A stretch of DNA of 64,000 bases from Candidatus Latescibacterota bacterium (GCA_965197905.1 CBDAOB010000003.1:992001-1056000), one strand, 5' to 3'. Positions 31,397-42,177 are shown, counted from the stretch's first letter. The notes: a model not told the origin generated them from the sequence alone. Numbers and translations: made by a program.

Positions 31397-32542
31397 CTAT
31401 ATATACCCCGTCGCACCATCGGGCCGGGTTGGGCTACTCCGTTCCCAGTGCACGTAGTCTGCCCTGAGTCTATCCTCGTCGATCTCCACACCCCAGCCTG
31501 GCCGGTCAGGCCGCAGCTGCAAATATCCATCGGTGGGCAAGTACGGGTCTTCGAGCCAGTCCTCGACTCCAGGAGATTCGCTCGGCAGAAGATACTCCAA
31601 CACCTTGAAGTTGGTCGTTGCGGCACTGAAGTGGAGGTTCACCGCCGTCGCCAGTGGTCCCATAGGGTTGTGCGGCGCGATCGACACGTAATGTGCCTCG
31701 GCGATTGCAGCAATCTTGCGCATCTCCAGCAAACCGCCGCAAATACAGATGTCGGGCTGAATGATGTCGGCGCCGTCCTTGGACATCAGGTCGAGGAACT
31801 CGAAGCGCGTGTAGAGGCATTCTCCAGTAGCTAACGGAACCTGCATTTGCGCGCGAAGACGGGCCCAGGCATCGCTGTTTTCCGGGCGCAGCGGCTCCTC
31901 GTAGAAGAACGGATCGTAGGGTGCCAGGGCGTTCGCCAGCTGCAGCGCCCGCACCGGCTCGAAGATCTTGGCGTGCGGGTCGAAGGCGAACTCCCATTCC
32001 TCGGGGCAGCGCTTGCGCAGTCCTTCGAAATACTCCGCCGCCTTCTTACAGACGACCCCCCAACGGTGCTCATCCGGCGGTACCTGGAACGGGCCCGTTT
32101 TGAAGATTGTAAATCCGTAATCATCGTGCAGTTTGTGAGCGACGTCGGCCGCTTCCACCGCATCCTTACCTCCGATACTGCGGTAGACCTGGACGCGATC
32201 CCTCACGTGTCCCCCCAGCAGCATGTACACAGGCAAACCCGCAGCTCTGGCGCTGATATCCCAGAGCGCATGGTCCAGACCGGACATGGCTGACAGTCCG
32301 AGGGCGCCGGGGGGAAATCGAAACTGTTGGAACAGCTTCATCATGATGAACTCGATACGGCGTGGATCGATTCCCTTTACAAGCTCGAAGATGTAGTCGA
32401 GGGTCGGTCCTATCGCCAGGTCCGGTCCAACGTTGTAGCACTCTCCCCAACCGCTGATCCCTTCGTCGGTCTCTACCTTGCACAGCGAACGAGGCCGGTT
32501 TCCGACTCTCATCATGAAGGATTTGATCGCAGTGATTTTCAT
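31397..32542 (-). CDS. Mandelate racemase-family sugar-acid dehydratase (DgoD-like)
   Basis: VETDEGISGWGE, DHALWD, DPH, YEEP, ATGE, IIQPD, APHNP and RPGWGVE. Confidence 0.9.
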   Translation of the reverse strand: MKITAIKSFMMRVGNRPRSLCKVETDEGISGWGECYNVGPDLAIGPTLDYIFELVKGIDPRRIEFIMMKLFQQFRFPPGALGLSAMSGLDHALWDISARAAGLPVYMLLGGHVRDRVQVYRSIGGKDAVEAADVAHKLHDDYGFTIFKTGPFQVPPDEHRWGVVCKKAAEYFEGLRKRCPEEWEFAFDPHAKIFEPVRALQLANALAPYDPFFYEEPLRPENSDAWARLRAQMQVPLATGECLYTRFEFLDLMSKDGADIIQPDICICGGLLEMRKIAAIAEAHYVSIAPHNPMGPLATAVNLHFSAATTNFKVLEYLLPSESPGVEDWLEDPYLPTDGYLQLRPDRPGWGVEIDEDRLRADYVHWERSSPTRPDGATGYI

Positions 32543-32543
32543 C

Positions 32544-33344
32544 TTATATGTGTGCCCGCAACATCGGACGAGAGAAAGTCACGGCTAGGTGTTCGGGAAT
32601 GCGGCGCTCTCCCGATTCATCGTCCGGATCCACAACGAGCCTTTGGGTACCGGGCGGCATAAAATGTATGGCGAAGGCGCGGCGCAGCCGGTCGGTGCGG
32701 TTGGGAGGCGTATAGTGGGCCGTTTGGCAATGGTGGAACATAACGCCGCCGGCGGGCAAATTGATTACGACGTTTTGGTCTTGAGGAACAGCCTCGCCCA
32801 CATCGAACAAGGCGTTGGTCGATGAAGATTTCTCGTGCTCGACGAGCCGGTGGTGGGATTGGGGTATAACGTGCATGGCGCCGTTCTCCTTGTCCACATC
32901 GTCCAGGGTCAGCCAGCAACTGACCATGTTGGGCGGTTTGCAGCGCCAGTAGCCGTTGTCCTGGTGCCAGAATACGGCGCCACCGTCGCCTGCAGGTTTG
33001 TACAGCGCTTGATCGTGGAAAAGCTGGATATTAGGACCGATCAGGTCTTCGACGATGTCGAGAATCCTGTCGTCGTACAACAATTTTCGATAGAGTATGC
33101 TGCGCTCGCACATCTGCACGATCTGCAGCATTTTTCGGTCGGCATTACGCTTCTCTTCAACATCATCCGTATTGTCGATCGCGAGATTGCGGTAGCGGCC
33201 ATCCTCACCTGCCTCAGCAAACAACCGGTCGTACTCCGAACGCAGCGATGCCACCAGGTCGTCGTCCAGCAGCTTGCCGATGGGCAAATAGCCCTGATCC
33301 CAGAAATCATCGATCTGTGGTTGGGTAAGAGACTTGTGTTTCAC
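32544..33344 (-). CDS. PhyH-family dioxygenase (canonical HxD)
   Basis: FWDQGY, WHQDNGYW, NGAMHVIPQSH, distal H and RRAFAIHF. Confidence 0.92.
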   Translation of the reverse strand: MKHKSLTQPQIDDFWDQGYLPIGKLLDDDLVASLRSEYDRLFAEAGEDGRYRNLAIDNTDDVEEKRNADRKMLQIVQMCERSILYRKLLYDDRILDIVEDLIGPNIQLFHDQALYKPAGDGGAVFWHQDNGYWRCKPPNMVSCWLTLDDVDKENGAMHVIPQSHHRLVEHEKSSSTNALFDVGEAVPQDQNVVINLPAGGVMFHHCQTAHYTPPNRTDRLRRAFAIHFMPPGTQRLVVDPDDESGERRIPEHLAVTFSRPMLRAHI

Positions 33345-34225
33345 TCTTCCTCTAATCGTCTGATTCGACGTTCCATTCTGAATGCGAGAAATTCAAAGGG
33401 ATGCCATTTGGAGTAATGTTTCAGGATCGTCTCTTCCCTCGACGAAAGTCCGATCTCCGCACAGTAACTTCGCACCTCAGAGTCTACGGGAATCTGCGAA
33501 AACTCACCAAGCAGAATGGCGATGTGATTTATGCAGTAGGGACCGAGACCTTTCACCTGGCTGAGTTTGTCGACAATCTCCCGCGGCGGGCGCTTTTCCA
33601 GCTCGCCATTCTCGTGGAAGGCCATCGCGACATTCCGCAAGTACTGGGCACGGTATCCCAGTTTGCACTTGTTCATCAGATCCGAAATCCTCATCTCTCG
33701 AACCATCTCGCAGGTCGGAAAAAACTCGTGTCCGTTCTTTGCGATCCTGCCGGTGCATTCGGCAACCAGCCGCTGACACATCTGCCGTGTAAACGCCCAG
33801 GACGCATTGGTTGTAAACAGGGTCTTGACCACATCCTCAAAGAGGGTGGACCCCCTCAACATTCGCGCGCCACCATCTCGAGCAAAGCGATAAATCCGCT
33901 GATCCAACGACCGGGCCCGCTGGATGAACTCGTCAAGATCGATCTCCAACCCGAGCATATACGTCGATCGCTGCCGCAGCATCTTTTTCTCGGCTGCCGT
34001 TAAAACCCGTTTCGATCTGCACAAGACCGAGGCACCTCTCGCAGATTGTTTAACACTAAGATGTGCCAGTTTGCCGTCGAGGTTCTCGTGCCGGCCCAAG
34101 ATTCCGCGCTTGTCATCCCAGGTAAAGGGAGAAAGGCGCACCCATCCATGCGATTGTACGAGCAGGCCGAGGTCGAAGTGGCTCGCGGGCAAACTAAACC
34201 TGGTTATCTGTTTTAACTCCTCCAT
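33341..34225 (-). CDS. HhH-GPD DNA glycosylase (AlkA/Ogg-like)
   Basis: SHGWVRLSPF, LFEDVVKTLFTTN, KLGYRA, HhH VKGLGPY and IPVD. Confidence 0.85.
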   Translation of the reverse strand: MEELKQITRFSLPASHFDLGLLVQSHGWVRLSPFTWDDKRGILGRHENLDGKLAHLSVKQSARGASVLCRSKRVLTAAEKKMLRQRSTYMLGLEIDLDEFIQRARSLDQRIYRFARDGGARMLRGSTLFEDVVKTLFTTNASWAFTRQMCQRLVAECTGRIAKNGHEFFPTCEMVREMRISDLMNKCKLGYRAQYLRNVAMAFHENGELEKRPPREIVDKLSQVKGLGPYCINHIAILLGEFSQIPVDSEVRSYCAEIGLSSREETILKHYSKWHPFEFLAFRMERRIRRLEEE

Positions 34226-34281
34226 GGTCGAGACCAGTGATGGAAGAAAAGTTCGTTGGTAGCGTTCATGTATTGGTTCCG

Positions 34282-35373
34282 TTATTGAATCGACTCTAAC
34301 AGCTGCAGCAACTGTGACTGTGTGAATTCGCGCGGGTTGTTCTTGAGTCGTTCCTGATTGACACTTGCGGCGATCTGGACTCGCGCCTCCGCCCCGATGC
34401 CTAGTGAGCTCAATCGCGTCTGGCACCCAATCGACTCCATCAATTCGGTGATCTTTGCCTTTGCCTCGTGGGCATCCCGGACACCTAGTTTTGAGAGAAT
34501 AAGATTGATCATTTTCTGGAGGTGCTCAACTCCCCGCTCATCTGCCACATCCTCTGCGGTAGCGCCGGCATTGAAGGCCAGTACCGGCCCCAGGGTCAAG
34601 CAGACCGCGTGGCCATGCGCGACGCCGAACTCGTGGGTGATCCTGTAGGAGAGCGCATGGGGCGCGGTCGTCTTCCCGATATTGATCGCTTTTCCGGCGA
34701 GATGGGAGGCGCCCATCATAGCTGCCCGGTCTTGAGGTGTCGGGTGGTGCACGGCAGAAACCAAATGGGAGAGGACCAGGTACAACGCCTCCGTAGCGTA
34801 GGCAACGGACTCTTCGGTGGAGTTGACGTTCCAGATCGACTCAATCGACTGGCACAGAGCATCGAGTCCGGTCTCGGCGGTTGTTTGCGGGGGAAGAGAC
34901 TGAGCTAACCGCCAATCGACCACCGCTACGTCTGGAAGAATCGATAGATGGGTGACCGAGTGCTTGACCCCCCCGCGATAGAGCACGGCAAATTGCGTTG
35001 CTTCGCTGCCGGTTCCGGCCGTCGTCGGAACCGCAATCAACGGACAGGCCGCTTTCTCGATGAGTCTGCCGTTGGCGAGGATGTCAGCTGGTTCGTCGGG
35101 TTGTCCGGCAAAACAACGAATCAGCTTGCCGATGTCGATCGCGGTGCCGCCACCAACCGCAACAATGACTTCACACGGCGCTCGTCGAAACTGTTCGAGG
35201 CCCGCAAGAGCATCTTCGAATCTGGGGTTGCTTTCAAAAGCATCGAATTCGCGAACCTCCCGATTCTCCCAGTGGGGTTCCAGCTCCGCCTGCGCTCCCG
35301 ACAGTTGGTAGGCCGAGCGGTCGACTACCAGAAAGACGGACTTCGGGTTGAGGCTGGAAAGCGCCGTCTCCAT
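34282..35373 (-). CDS. Iron-containing alcohol dehydrogenase, phosphonoacetaldehyde reductase-like
   Basis: AVGGGTAIDIGK, PTTAGTGSEAT..VLY..KHSV, DALCQSIES, GKAINIGKTTAPHALSY, HGHAV and ERLKNNP. Confidence 0.8.
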   Translation of the reverse strand: METALSSLNPKSVFLVVDRSAYQLSGAQAELEPHWENREVREFDAFESNPRFEDALAGLEQFRRAPCEVIVAVGGGTAIDIGKLIRCFAGQPDEPADILANGRLIEKAACPLIAVPTTAGTGSEATQFAVLYRGGVKHSVTHLSILPDVAVVDWRLAQSLPPQTTAETGLDALCQSIESIWNVNSTEESVAYATEALYLVLSHLVSAVHHPTPQDRAAMMGASHLAGKAINIGKTTAPHALSYRITHEFGVAHGHAVCLTLGPVLAFNAGATAEDVADERGVEHLQKMINLILSKLGVRDAHEAKAKITELMESIGCQTRLSSLGIGAEARVQIAASVNQERLKNNPREFTQSQLLQLLESIQ

Positions 35374-35520
35374 CTGGGAACCACAATCAGCTTGTGTTAG
35401 ACGGTTGCTCTTCGGAAGTGTTGGTCTAATCGCCGGACCTTTAGTTATTTTCAGACAGTCCCACCAACCCGCGAACCGGGAACCGGGTTGCGGGAGCTGT
35501 GAAAATCTGGAGGAGATCTC

Positions 35521-35895
35521 ATGAGCGATTATACCCTGCTTGTCGTGTTCCTAGTCCTGCTCTCTCTGGCGGCAGGCATGGTGTTCTTCAGGAGGAAGTT
35601 CAATCACGACGTCGTGTTCGACTCGAAGCCTATAGATTACACCATTACCATGTGGGCGGAAAGAAGCGAGGGGCCAAAATCCGGGCCAGAATCGCTCGCC
35701 CAAGGACCCCACAAGATTACGGCTGAGTATTACGTCACGTTTCAGGCCGAGTCGGTCGAACAACAACGCCAACTTCGAGGGGACTATGCCCATCAGGCGC
35801 AGGCGGATTTTCACCGCCGCCTTACTCCGATGCTGGGTGATTTCAATATCGGAGCCTTGCGTTTCGAGCCAACTGACGAAATCGAGGAGGGATAG
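35521..35895 (+). CDS. Hypothetical membrane-anchored protein
   Basis: Strong ggagg RBS and an N-terminal TM helix. No family recognised. Confidence 0.6.
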   Translation: MSDYTLLVVFLVLLSLAAGMVFFRRKFNHDVVFDSKPIDYTITMWAERSEGPKSGPESLAQGPHKITAEYYVTFQAESVEQQRQLRGDYAHQAQADFHRRLTPMLGDFNIGALRFEPTDEIEEG

Positions 35896-35983
35896 CCCGA
35901 CTTCGAGGTCCAGCGGGCCACGAGATAGGTAATATTTCGACTACATATTATATTTGCGAGTGCGTTCCATGCTCCGTAACTAG

Positions 35984-36856
35984 ATGCAAAAGAAGGAGTT
36001 GGCTCGATCTGCAGAAGTAAGGTCCACTATGGAAGACGACACAAGTTCTAGCATGATCGCAAAGTTAAAACCCAAGATCTTCGACCTCATGGAGAATGAC
36101 GAGCTGGTCATGGCCAGGATCATCGACATTTTCCTGCTCATTTTGATACTGCTCAACGTCATCATGGTAGTACTGGAGTCCGTTTCCGGTCTAGACGACA
36201 GGTTTGGCACATTCTTCGTAGAGTTCGAGTTCTTTTCCGTGATGGTCTTCACCGTCGAATACCTCCTGCGAATTTGGGTCTGCACCATGCGCGACGAATT
36301 TAACGGTGTGGTGAAGGGCCGGTTCAGGTACGCCCGCACCCCGATGGCGATGGTCGATCTGATCGCCATCGCGCCTTTTTACCTGCCGTTGCTGTTCAAC
36401 TTCGATCTGCGCATGCTGCGACTGCTCCGGCTATTCAGACTCATGCGTTTGCTCAAGGTCCTCCGGTACTCGGAGTCGTTGCGGGTCTTCAGCGACGTCT
36501 ACAGGATGAAGAAGAGCGAACTCGGCATGTGTTTCATGGCTATTCTTTTTCTGCTTGTTATGGCGTCGGCAATCATCTACCACGTCGAGCACGAGGATCA
36601 GCCGGAGGCCTTTTCAAGTATTCCGGCCGCTATGTGGTGGGGGGTTGCTACCTTGACTACCGTCGGATATGGAGACATCTACCCGGTCACCCCGTTGGGC
36701 AAATTCTTTGGCGCTATCATCGCTTTGCTCGGGATAGGCCTATTCGCACTGCCCGCCGGAATTCTTGGTTCCGGGTTCGTCGTCGCATTGCGGCGCAAAA
36801 CCAGCAGCAAATTCTACTGTCCTCATTGCTCCGAAGAGATTACCAGGGAGTCGTAG
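35984..36856 (+). CDS. Voltage-gated potassium channel-like ion transporter
   Basis: S4 Arg ladder RMLRLLRLFRLMRLLKVLRY, filter TTVGYGD and C-terminal CPHC. Start may be 36029 or 36053. Confidence 0.92.
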   Translation: MQKKELARSAEVRSTMEDDTSSSMIAKLKPKIFDLMENDELVMARIIDIFLLILILLNVIMVVLESVSGLDDRFGTFFVEFEFFSVMVFTVEYLLRIWVCTMRDEFNGVVKGRFRYARTPMAMVDLIAIAPFYLPLLFNFDLRMLRLLRLFRLMRLLKVLRYSESLRVFSDVYRMKKSELGMCFMAILFLLVMASAIIYHVEHEDQPEAFSSIPAAMWWGVATLTTVGYGDIYPVTPLGKFFGAIIALLGIGLFALPAGILGSGFVVALRRKTSSKFYCPHCSEEITRES

Positions 36857-36872
36857 CGACAAAGCCGGCACG

Positions 36873-37970
36873 ATGTCACGCGTGGTGATCTGCGGTGGCG
36901 GTGTTATCGGGACCTCAATCGCCTATTTCCTGGGCATTAGAGGCGTCGAAGCCGTCGTTGTCGAGCGCACCGGCGTCGCCAATGCTGCCTCCGGCAAATC
37001 GGGCGGGTTTCTGGCGCTCGATTGGTGCCGGGGAACGCCGGTCGACGAGCTGGCGCGACGGAGTTTTGCCCTTCACGCAGAGCTCGCTTACACCCTATCC
37101 CAACAGCTGAACCTCGACTGGGGGTACCGTCGTCTGGACACCCTCAGCGTGGCTGCCAGCCAGCGGCGCGACTTTTCATCCTTGAATCGGATGGAGCCTT
37201 TGGGCTGGCTCGGTCCCGCTGCCGCAGTGTGCGATCAGATCGGCACCAAAGAAACGACGGCGCAAGTGCACCCTGCCCTTTTTACCCGAAGCCTCATGAA
37301 GGCCGCCGAAGCGCGAGGGGCGCAGCTCCTGCTTGGGACGGTGGAAGGCCTGTCCTTGACGCCGACAGGGGACCGCATCGACGGCGTCATGATCGATGGG
37401 GAAATCCTCGGGGCGGATGCCGTCGTGATTGCCATGGGACCCTGGTCGATCCTGGCTTGTCGGTGGCTCCAACTTCCGGCGGTCTATGGATTGAAGGGCC
37501 ACAGCCTGATCTTTCGCTATAGTCCGCAGGATCCACGGGCACTGTTCGTCGAACTGGAAACTGCCTCTGGAGTTTTTGAAACCCCCGAGGTCATGCCCCG
37601 TACCGACGGAACGACTTATGTCTGCGGTCTTTCCAGTGAGGACGCTCTTCCCGTCGATCCAAGTGACGTGAGTGTCGACAAGGGATATCCAGAGCAGCTT
37701 CGCTCCATGACGGCAACGATTGCTCCCGAGCTCGGTGCCTCCGAGCTGCTTGCGGTACAGGCATGTTACCGCCCGGTGACCGCGGACGGCATTCCGTTGA
37801 TAGGGCCGGTTGCGGGCGTGGAAGGCGCGTTCGTCGCGACCGGTCACAGCGTGTGGGGCATGCTGAACGGCCCCGCTACCGGAGAAGCGATAGCCGAGCT
37901 GATTGTCGATGGGGCAGCGAGCACCGTGGATATCGCACCTTTCGATCCGGCACGGTTACCAGTCGGATAG
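36873..37970 (+). CDS. FAD-dependent oxidoreductase, DAO/glycine oxidase family
   Basis: GGGVIG, ASGKSGGFL, QACYRP and ATGHSVWGMLNGPATG. Confidence 0.9.
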   Translation: MSRVVICGGGVIGTSIAYFLGIRGVEAVVVERTGVANAASGKSGGFLALDWCRGTPVDELARRSFALHAELAYTLSQQLNLDWGYRRLDTLSVAASQRRDFSSLNRMEPLGWLGPAAAVCDQIGTKETTAQVHPALFTRSLMKAAEARGAQLLLGTVEGLSLTPTGDRIDGVMIDGEILGADAVVIAMGPWSILACRWLQLPAVYGLKGHSLIFRYSPQDPRALFVELETASGVFETPEVMPRTDGTTYVCGLSSEDALPVDPSDVSVDKGYPEQLRSMTATIAPELGASELLAVQACYRPVTADGIPLIGPVAGVEGAFVATGHSVWGMLNGPATGEAIAELIVDGAASTVDIAPFDPARLPVG

Positions 37971-38067
37971 CAGTGCTCGCGCGATTCTGACCATCCTGGA
38001 GTCCGCCAAATCGGCCTCGTATATTCTTTTCTCGTAGCACACAACAAATCACCGGGACGCAGTTGCC

Positions 38068-39063
38068 TTGGAGTACCGAGAGCTTGGCGGCACCAACATC
38101 GAGGTTTCCGTTGTCGCGCTGGGGTGCTGGTCCTTCGCCGGTGACGTGTATTGGGGGCCGCAGGAGGACCACGATTCGATCGCAACGGTGCACGCTGCTC
38201 TGGACGAGGGGGTGAACTTTTTTGACACCGCCGAAAGCTATGGCGCCGGACGTTCCGAATTCGTTCTCGGCAAGGCCCTCAAGGGGCATCGAAACGATGC
38301 CGTAATCGCTACGAAGGTCAGCCACGGTAGTGGCGCGCCGGGCGAGATCGAAGACGCCTGTGCCCGGAGCCTCCAAAATCTCGACACGGACTATATCGAC
38401 CTTTATCAGATCCATTGGCCCTTCCGCGATACTCCGGTCGAGTCGACGCTGGATGTTATGGAGAAGCTGAGGCGGGAGGGGAAGATTCTCACGTGTGGTG
38501 TCTGCAACTTCGGAGCACGAGATCTGGCCGAGCTGGCACAGTTCGCGGATTGCGCAACGAACCAGCTGCCGTACAGCCTGCTGGCCCGCGCTATCGAATA
38601 CGAGATCCAGCCACATTGCGTTGAGCATGACATAGGTATCATATGTTACACTCCATTAGCTCAGGGTTTGCTGACGGGCCGCTACGCCACGGCCGACGAA
38701 GTGCCGACTCCAAGAGCGATCAGCAGACATTTCGATGGACAGCGAAATGGGGCGCGTCACGGTGAAGAAGGCTGCGAGTCAGAGGTATTTGAAGCCCTGG
38801 GCAAGATCGCGGGGATGGCCCGAGGTTTAGAAGAGCCGATGGCTGCAGTGGCGTTGGCATGGGTGCGACAGCAAGCTGGTGTGACAGCCCTGTTGACCGG
38901 CGCCCGCAACCCGGACGAATTGCGGGAGAACATTCGGGGGGCCGATCTCCACCTCGACGTCGGCACCACGCAGGCGCTGGACGAGGTTACGCTAGAGGTC
39001 AAAGAGAAGCTGGGTGCCAACGCCGACCTGTGGTCATCGAGCACCGAATCCAGAATTCGATAA
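38068..39063 (+). CDS. Aldo/keto reductase
   Basis: FDTAESYG, IATK, DYIDLYQIHWP, NQLPYSL and PLAQGLLTG. Confidence 0.93.
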   Translation: MEYRELGGTNIEVSVVALGCWSFAGDVYWGPQEDHDSIATVHAALDEGVNFFDTAESYGAGRSEFVLGKALKGHRNDAVIATKVSHGSGAPGEIEDACARSLQNLDTDYIDLYQIHWPFRDTPVESTLDVMEKLRREGKILTCGVCNFGARDLAELAQFADCATNQLPYSLLARAIEYEIQPHCVEHDIGIICYTPLAQGLLTGRYATADEVPTPRAISRHFDGQRNGARHGEEGCESEVFEALGKIAGMARGLEEPMAAVALAWVRQQAGVTALLTGARNPDELRENIRGADLHLDVGTTQALDEVTLEVKEKLGANADLWSSSTESRIR

Positions 39064-39099
39064 GGTGGGGGATAGATCCGTGACGCCCGAATTAGATCT

Positions 39100-39939
39100 A
39101 TGATACTTGGACTCGCTTTGCCTACCTATGCCGGTGTTATGCCGGAGGCCAAACCCCTGCATTGGCTTCTCGATCGCTGTGTCGAGTACGAACTTGGGGC
39201 CCTGGAGGCTTCTCTTCCTCTGGACGGAAGCGAAGATCCGCGCGACGTGGGCCGCAAAGCAGCTGATTTCGGGATAAGTTGGCTCGGTTACTGGAACAGC
39301 GATTTCGTCACCCCGGTTGGCGGAGCTGTAGGGCTCGTCGACCAGGCCCACCGCGCATTCGACGTCGCGGTGAAAGGAGACGTGAGTACGGTGATTGCGT
39401 TTGGAGCCGGAGGCAAACACAACCGTTTTACGCGGGAACCTGTGTTGGCGGAACAACTACAAAGAGTTGCCGATCATCTGAGCCCGGTCGTCGAGGCGGC
39501 CGCAGAACGCAGCTTGCGGTTGGCGCTTTTGCCCCATTTGGACTACCGCGCCGCCGAAACGCTGCAGGTGATCGAGCAGGTGAATCATTCCGCTCTAAGA
39601 ATGGCGTTCGACTCCGCGAACCCGTTTCCAGTCTGCGAAGAGCCAGTCGACGCAGCGAAGGTGGTGCTGCCCCATGCAGCGGCGGTGGCCTTGAAGGACG
39701 TGCAGATTTTCCCGTACCGCTCAAATGACGTCACCATCCGGGGGACGCCGCTGGGCCAGGGGTCGGTGGACTTCGATCAAATCCTTCCGCTTTTGGAGGA
39801 ACTGTTGCCCGAGCCAGACAAGACCACAGTGTGCATAAAGCTGCGATTGCCGCCGGATTCCACCGAGCACGCAGCCTGGATGGAGGCGAGCCTGGGATAT
39901 GTTCGCGCCCATCAGGCGCTTGCCGGAAAGCTTCCATAA
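39100..39939 (+). CDS. Sugar phosphate isomerase/epimerase (AP-endonuclease-2 TIM barrel), atypical metal ligands
   Basis: AFDSANP..EEP, LKD and LGQGSVDF. The usual E-N-H motif appears as LPH. Confidence 0.7.
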   Translation: MILGLALPTYAGVMPEAKPLHWLLDRCVEYELGALEASLPLDGSEDPRDVGRKAADFGISWLGYWNSDFVTPVGGAVGLVDQAHRAFDVAVKGDVSTVIAFGAGGKHNRFTREPVLAEQLQRVADHLSPVVEAAAERSLRLALLPHLDYRAAETLQVIEQVNHSALRMAFDSANPFPVCEEPVDAAKVVLPHAAAVALKDVQIFPYRSNDVTIRGTPLGQGSVDFDQILPLLEELLPEPDKTTVCIKLRLPPDSTEHAAWMEASLGYVRAHQALAGKLP

Positions 39940-39981
39940 ATACAGACACGTCCTCTGGTTCGCTGTTCGAAGGAAACAATC

Positions 39982-42177
39982 TTGCCGACGAATCAGTTCT
40001 TTGCTACGACCTCGAGAGGAACGGAGCCGCTTCTCGCTGCGGAATTGCCCGCCCTGGGAGCAGCATCTGTATCGTCAGGTCGCTCGGGCGTTTCCTTCGA
40101 AGGCGGGATGGAGGTGGCGTATCGAGTCTGTCTCTGGTCGCGTTTTGCTAGCCGCGTACTGATGCCGTTGAGTGGCTTCGCGGCCGCTACGCCCGAGGAT
40201 CTGTATGCCGGAGTCCGCACCATCGACTGGTCCCAGCACATTTCAGCTGACGGGACGCTGGCGGTCGATTGTCATTCCGCGGAATCGCACATCGATCATA
40301 CACATTTCGCCTCCTTGAAGGTGAAGGATGCCATCGTCGATCAGATACGGGAAGCTTCCGGTATCCGGCCGTCGGTAGACCTCCAGCGACCTGACCTGCG
40401 GGTAAACCTCTACCTCTATCGCAACGAAGCCACCGTCAGCATCGACCTGGCCGGCGAGGGATTACACAAACGGGGATACCGCCTACACGGTGGCCAGGCG
40501 CCGCTCAAGGAGAATCTGGCTGCCGCTATTCTGGCGCGCGCCAACTGGCCGGAGATCGCCGCGGCTGGCGGCGGACTGATCGATCCCATGTGCGGGTCGG
40601 GAACCCTCTGCATCGAAGCCGCCATGATGGCCGCCGATATCGCTCCCGGTTTACGGCGGAGCTACTTCGGATTTCGTCGGTGGAAAGGGTTCGATGCTGA
40701 GCTGTGGGAAACGCTGCTGGAGGACGCAAAGAAACGTCGGTTAGAGGGACTCCCCAAACTTCCGCCGCTGCTGGGTTGCGACATCGATCCAGATGCTGTG
40801 CGCCTCGCACAGGCAAACGTAGATCGTGCAGGCCTTGGTGGAATGGTGAAGATCGAACAGTGCGAACTAGCCAACGCCACACCAGAAAAAAGCTCGAGCG
40901 ATGGCGCTGGGCTGCTGGTCGCTAATCCACCATACGGCGAACGCCTTGGTGAACAGAAAACGATCGAGCCGTTGTATGCTCGGCTCGGAAGCACCCTCAA
41001 GGCGCATTTCGGCGATTGGCAGGCTGCCGTGTTTACCGGAAATCCCAAACTGGCCGGGGCGCTGCGCCTGCGGCCGCACCGCAGCTATTCGCTCTACAAT
41101 GGGCCGATCAAATGCCGTCTGTTGTGCTTTTCCATAGGTCCGACTGCCCCCGCTCACGACGGAGGGCACCGTGTCGATAGCGAGCCTGGGGTGCAGACAA
41201 AGGCGTCCTCGACCTCGAATACCGGTTGTGAAATGCTGGCTAACCGACTGCGAAAGAACCTGCGTATCAAGAAACGCTGGTCGCGCCGCGAAGGGATTAC
41301 CTGTTATCGGCTCTACGACGCCGATCTGCCTGAGTACGCCTTTGCCGTGGATCTGTATCAAGGGGAGGAGCTTTACCTGCACGTTCAGGAGTACGAGCCG
41401 CCGGTCTCGGTGGATTCCGAACGCGCGGAGCGCCGGCGCGAGGAAGGACTGCAAACGATCGCGGCAGTACTGGAGGTGCCGTCGTCGCGAATCTACTTCA
41501 AGATGCGGCGGCAACAAAAGGGCACGTCACAGTATGACCGCCAGGGGGCCACGGGTGGGTTCATGGAGGTCGCAGAAGGCAGCTGTCGATTCTGGCTAAA
41601 CCTCTCGGATTATCTGGACACCGGTTTGTTTCTCGATCAGCGTCTCAGCAGGCGACTAATCCAGCAGAGAATCGGGGGCGGACGTTTCCTGAATCTATTC
41701 GGTTACACCGGTACTGCGACCGTTCATGCAGCCGTCGGGGGTGCGGCGTCAACTACGACCGTCGATATGTCGAATACCTATCTGGACTGGGCGCGGCGCA
41801 ATTTGGAGCTGAACAACTGCACTGGCGAGAAGCACGAGCTGATTCGCGCTGACTGCATCGAGTGGTTACAGGATCCGGGTGTGAGGAAGACCCGAAGATT
41901 CGAGATGATATGGCTCGATCCGCCCACCTTTTCGAACTCCAAAAGGATGGATCGTGAGTTCGATGTGCAGCGGGACCACGTGGAGTTGATCCGCAACACG
42001 GCTCGCCTCCTTACAGCTGGTGGCGTCATCTTTTTCGCCACGAACTACCGCCGCTTCAAGCTTGACGAAGCAGCCTTGACGGGGCTGAAGGCCAAGGACA
42101 TCTCCGCAGCCACTCTACCACAGGACTTTGAGCGTAGGAAGCGGATGCACAACTGCTGGGAACTCACGGTAGGTTGA
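39982..42177 (+). CDS. rlmKL: Bifunctional 23S rRNA m7G2069/m2G2445 methyltransferase
   Basis: THUMP region, LHKRGYR..APLKENLAA, DPMCGSGT, NPPYGER, second MTase YLDTGLFLD, LNLFGYTG and DPPTFSNSK. Confidence 0.95.
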   Translation: MPTNQFFATTSRGTEPLLAAELPALGAASVSSGRSGVSFEGGMEVAYRVCLWSRFASRVLMPLSGFAAATPEDLYAGVRTIDWSQHISADGTLAVDCHSAESHIDHTHFASLKVKDAIVDQIREASGIRPSVDLQRPDLRVNLYLYRNEATVSIDLAGEGLHKRGYRLHGGQAPLKENLAAAILARANWPEIAAAGGGLIDPMCGSGTLCIEAAMMAADIAPGLRRSYFGFRRWKGFDAELWETLLEDAKKRRLEGLPKLPPLLGCDIDPDAVRLAQANVDRAGLGGMVKIEQCELANATPEKSSSDGAGLLVANPPYGERLGEQKTIEPLYARLGSTLKAHFGDWQAAVFTGNPKLAGALRLRPHRSYSLYNGPIKCRLLCFSIGPTAPAHDGGHRVDSEPGVQTKASSTSNTGCEMLANRLRKNLRIKKRWSRREGITCYRLYDADLPEYAFAVDLYQGEELYLHVQEYEPPVSVDSERAERRREEGLQTIAAVLEVPSSRIYFKMRRQQKGTSQYDRQGATGGFMEVAEGSCRFWLNLSDYLDTGLFLDQRLSRRLIQQRIGGGRFLNLFGYTGTATVHAAVGGAASTTTVDMSNTYLDWARRNLELNNCTGEKHELIRADCIEWLQDPGVRKTRRFEMIWLDPPTFSNSKRMDREFDVQRDHVELIRNTARLLTAGGVIFFATNYRRFKLDEAALTGLKAKDISAATLPQDFERRKRMHNCWELTVG

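Noticed and set aside
35466..35496. Hairpin CCCGCGAACCGG..CCGGGTTGCGGG upstream of the 35521 gene
   Set aside because: Single imperfect stem with no second copy seen and no U-tract.
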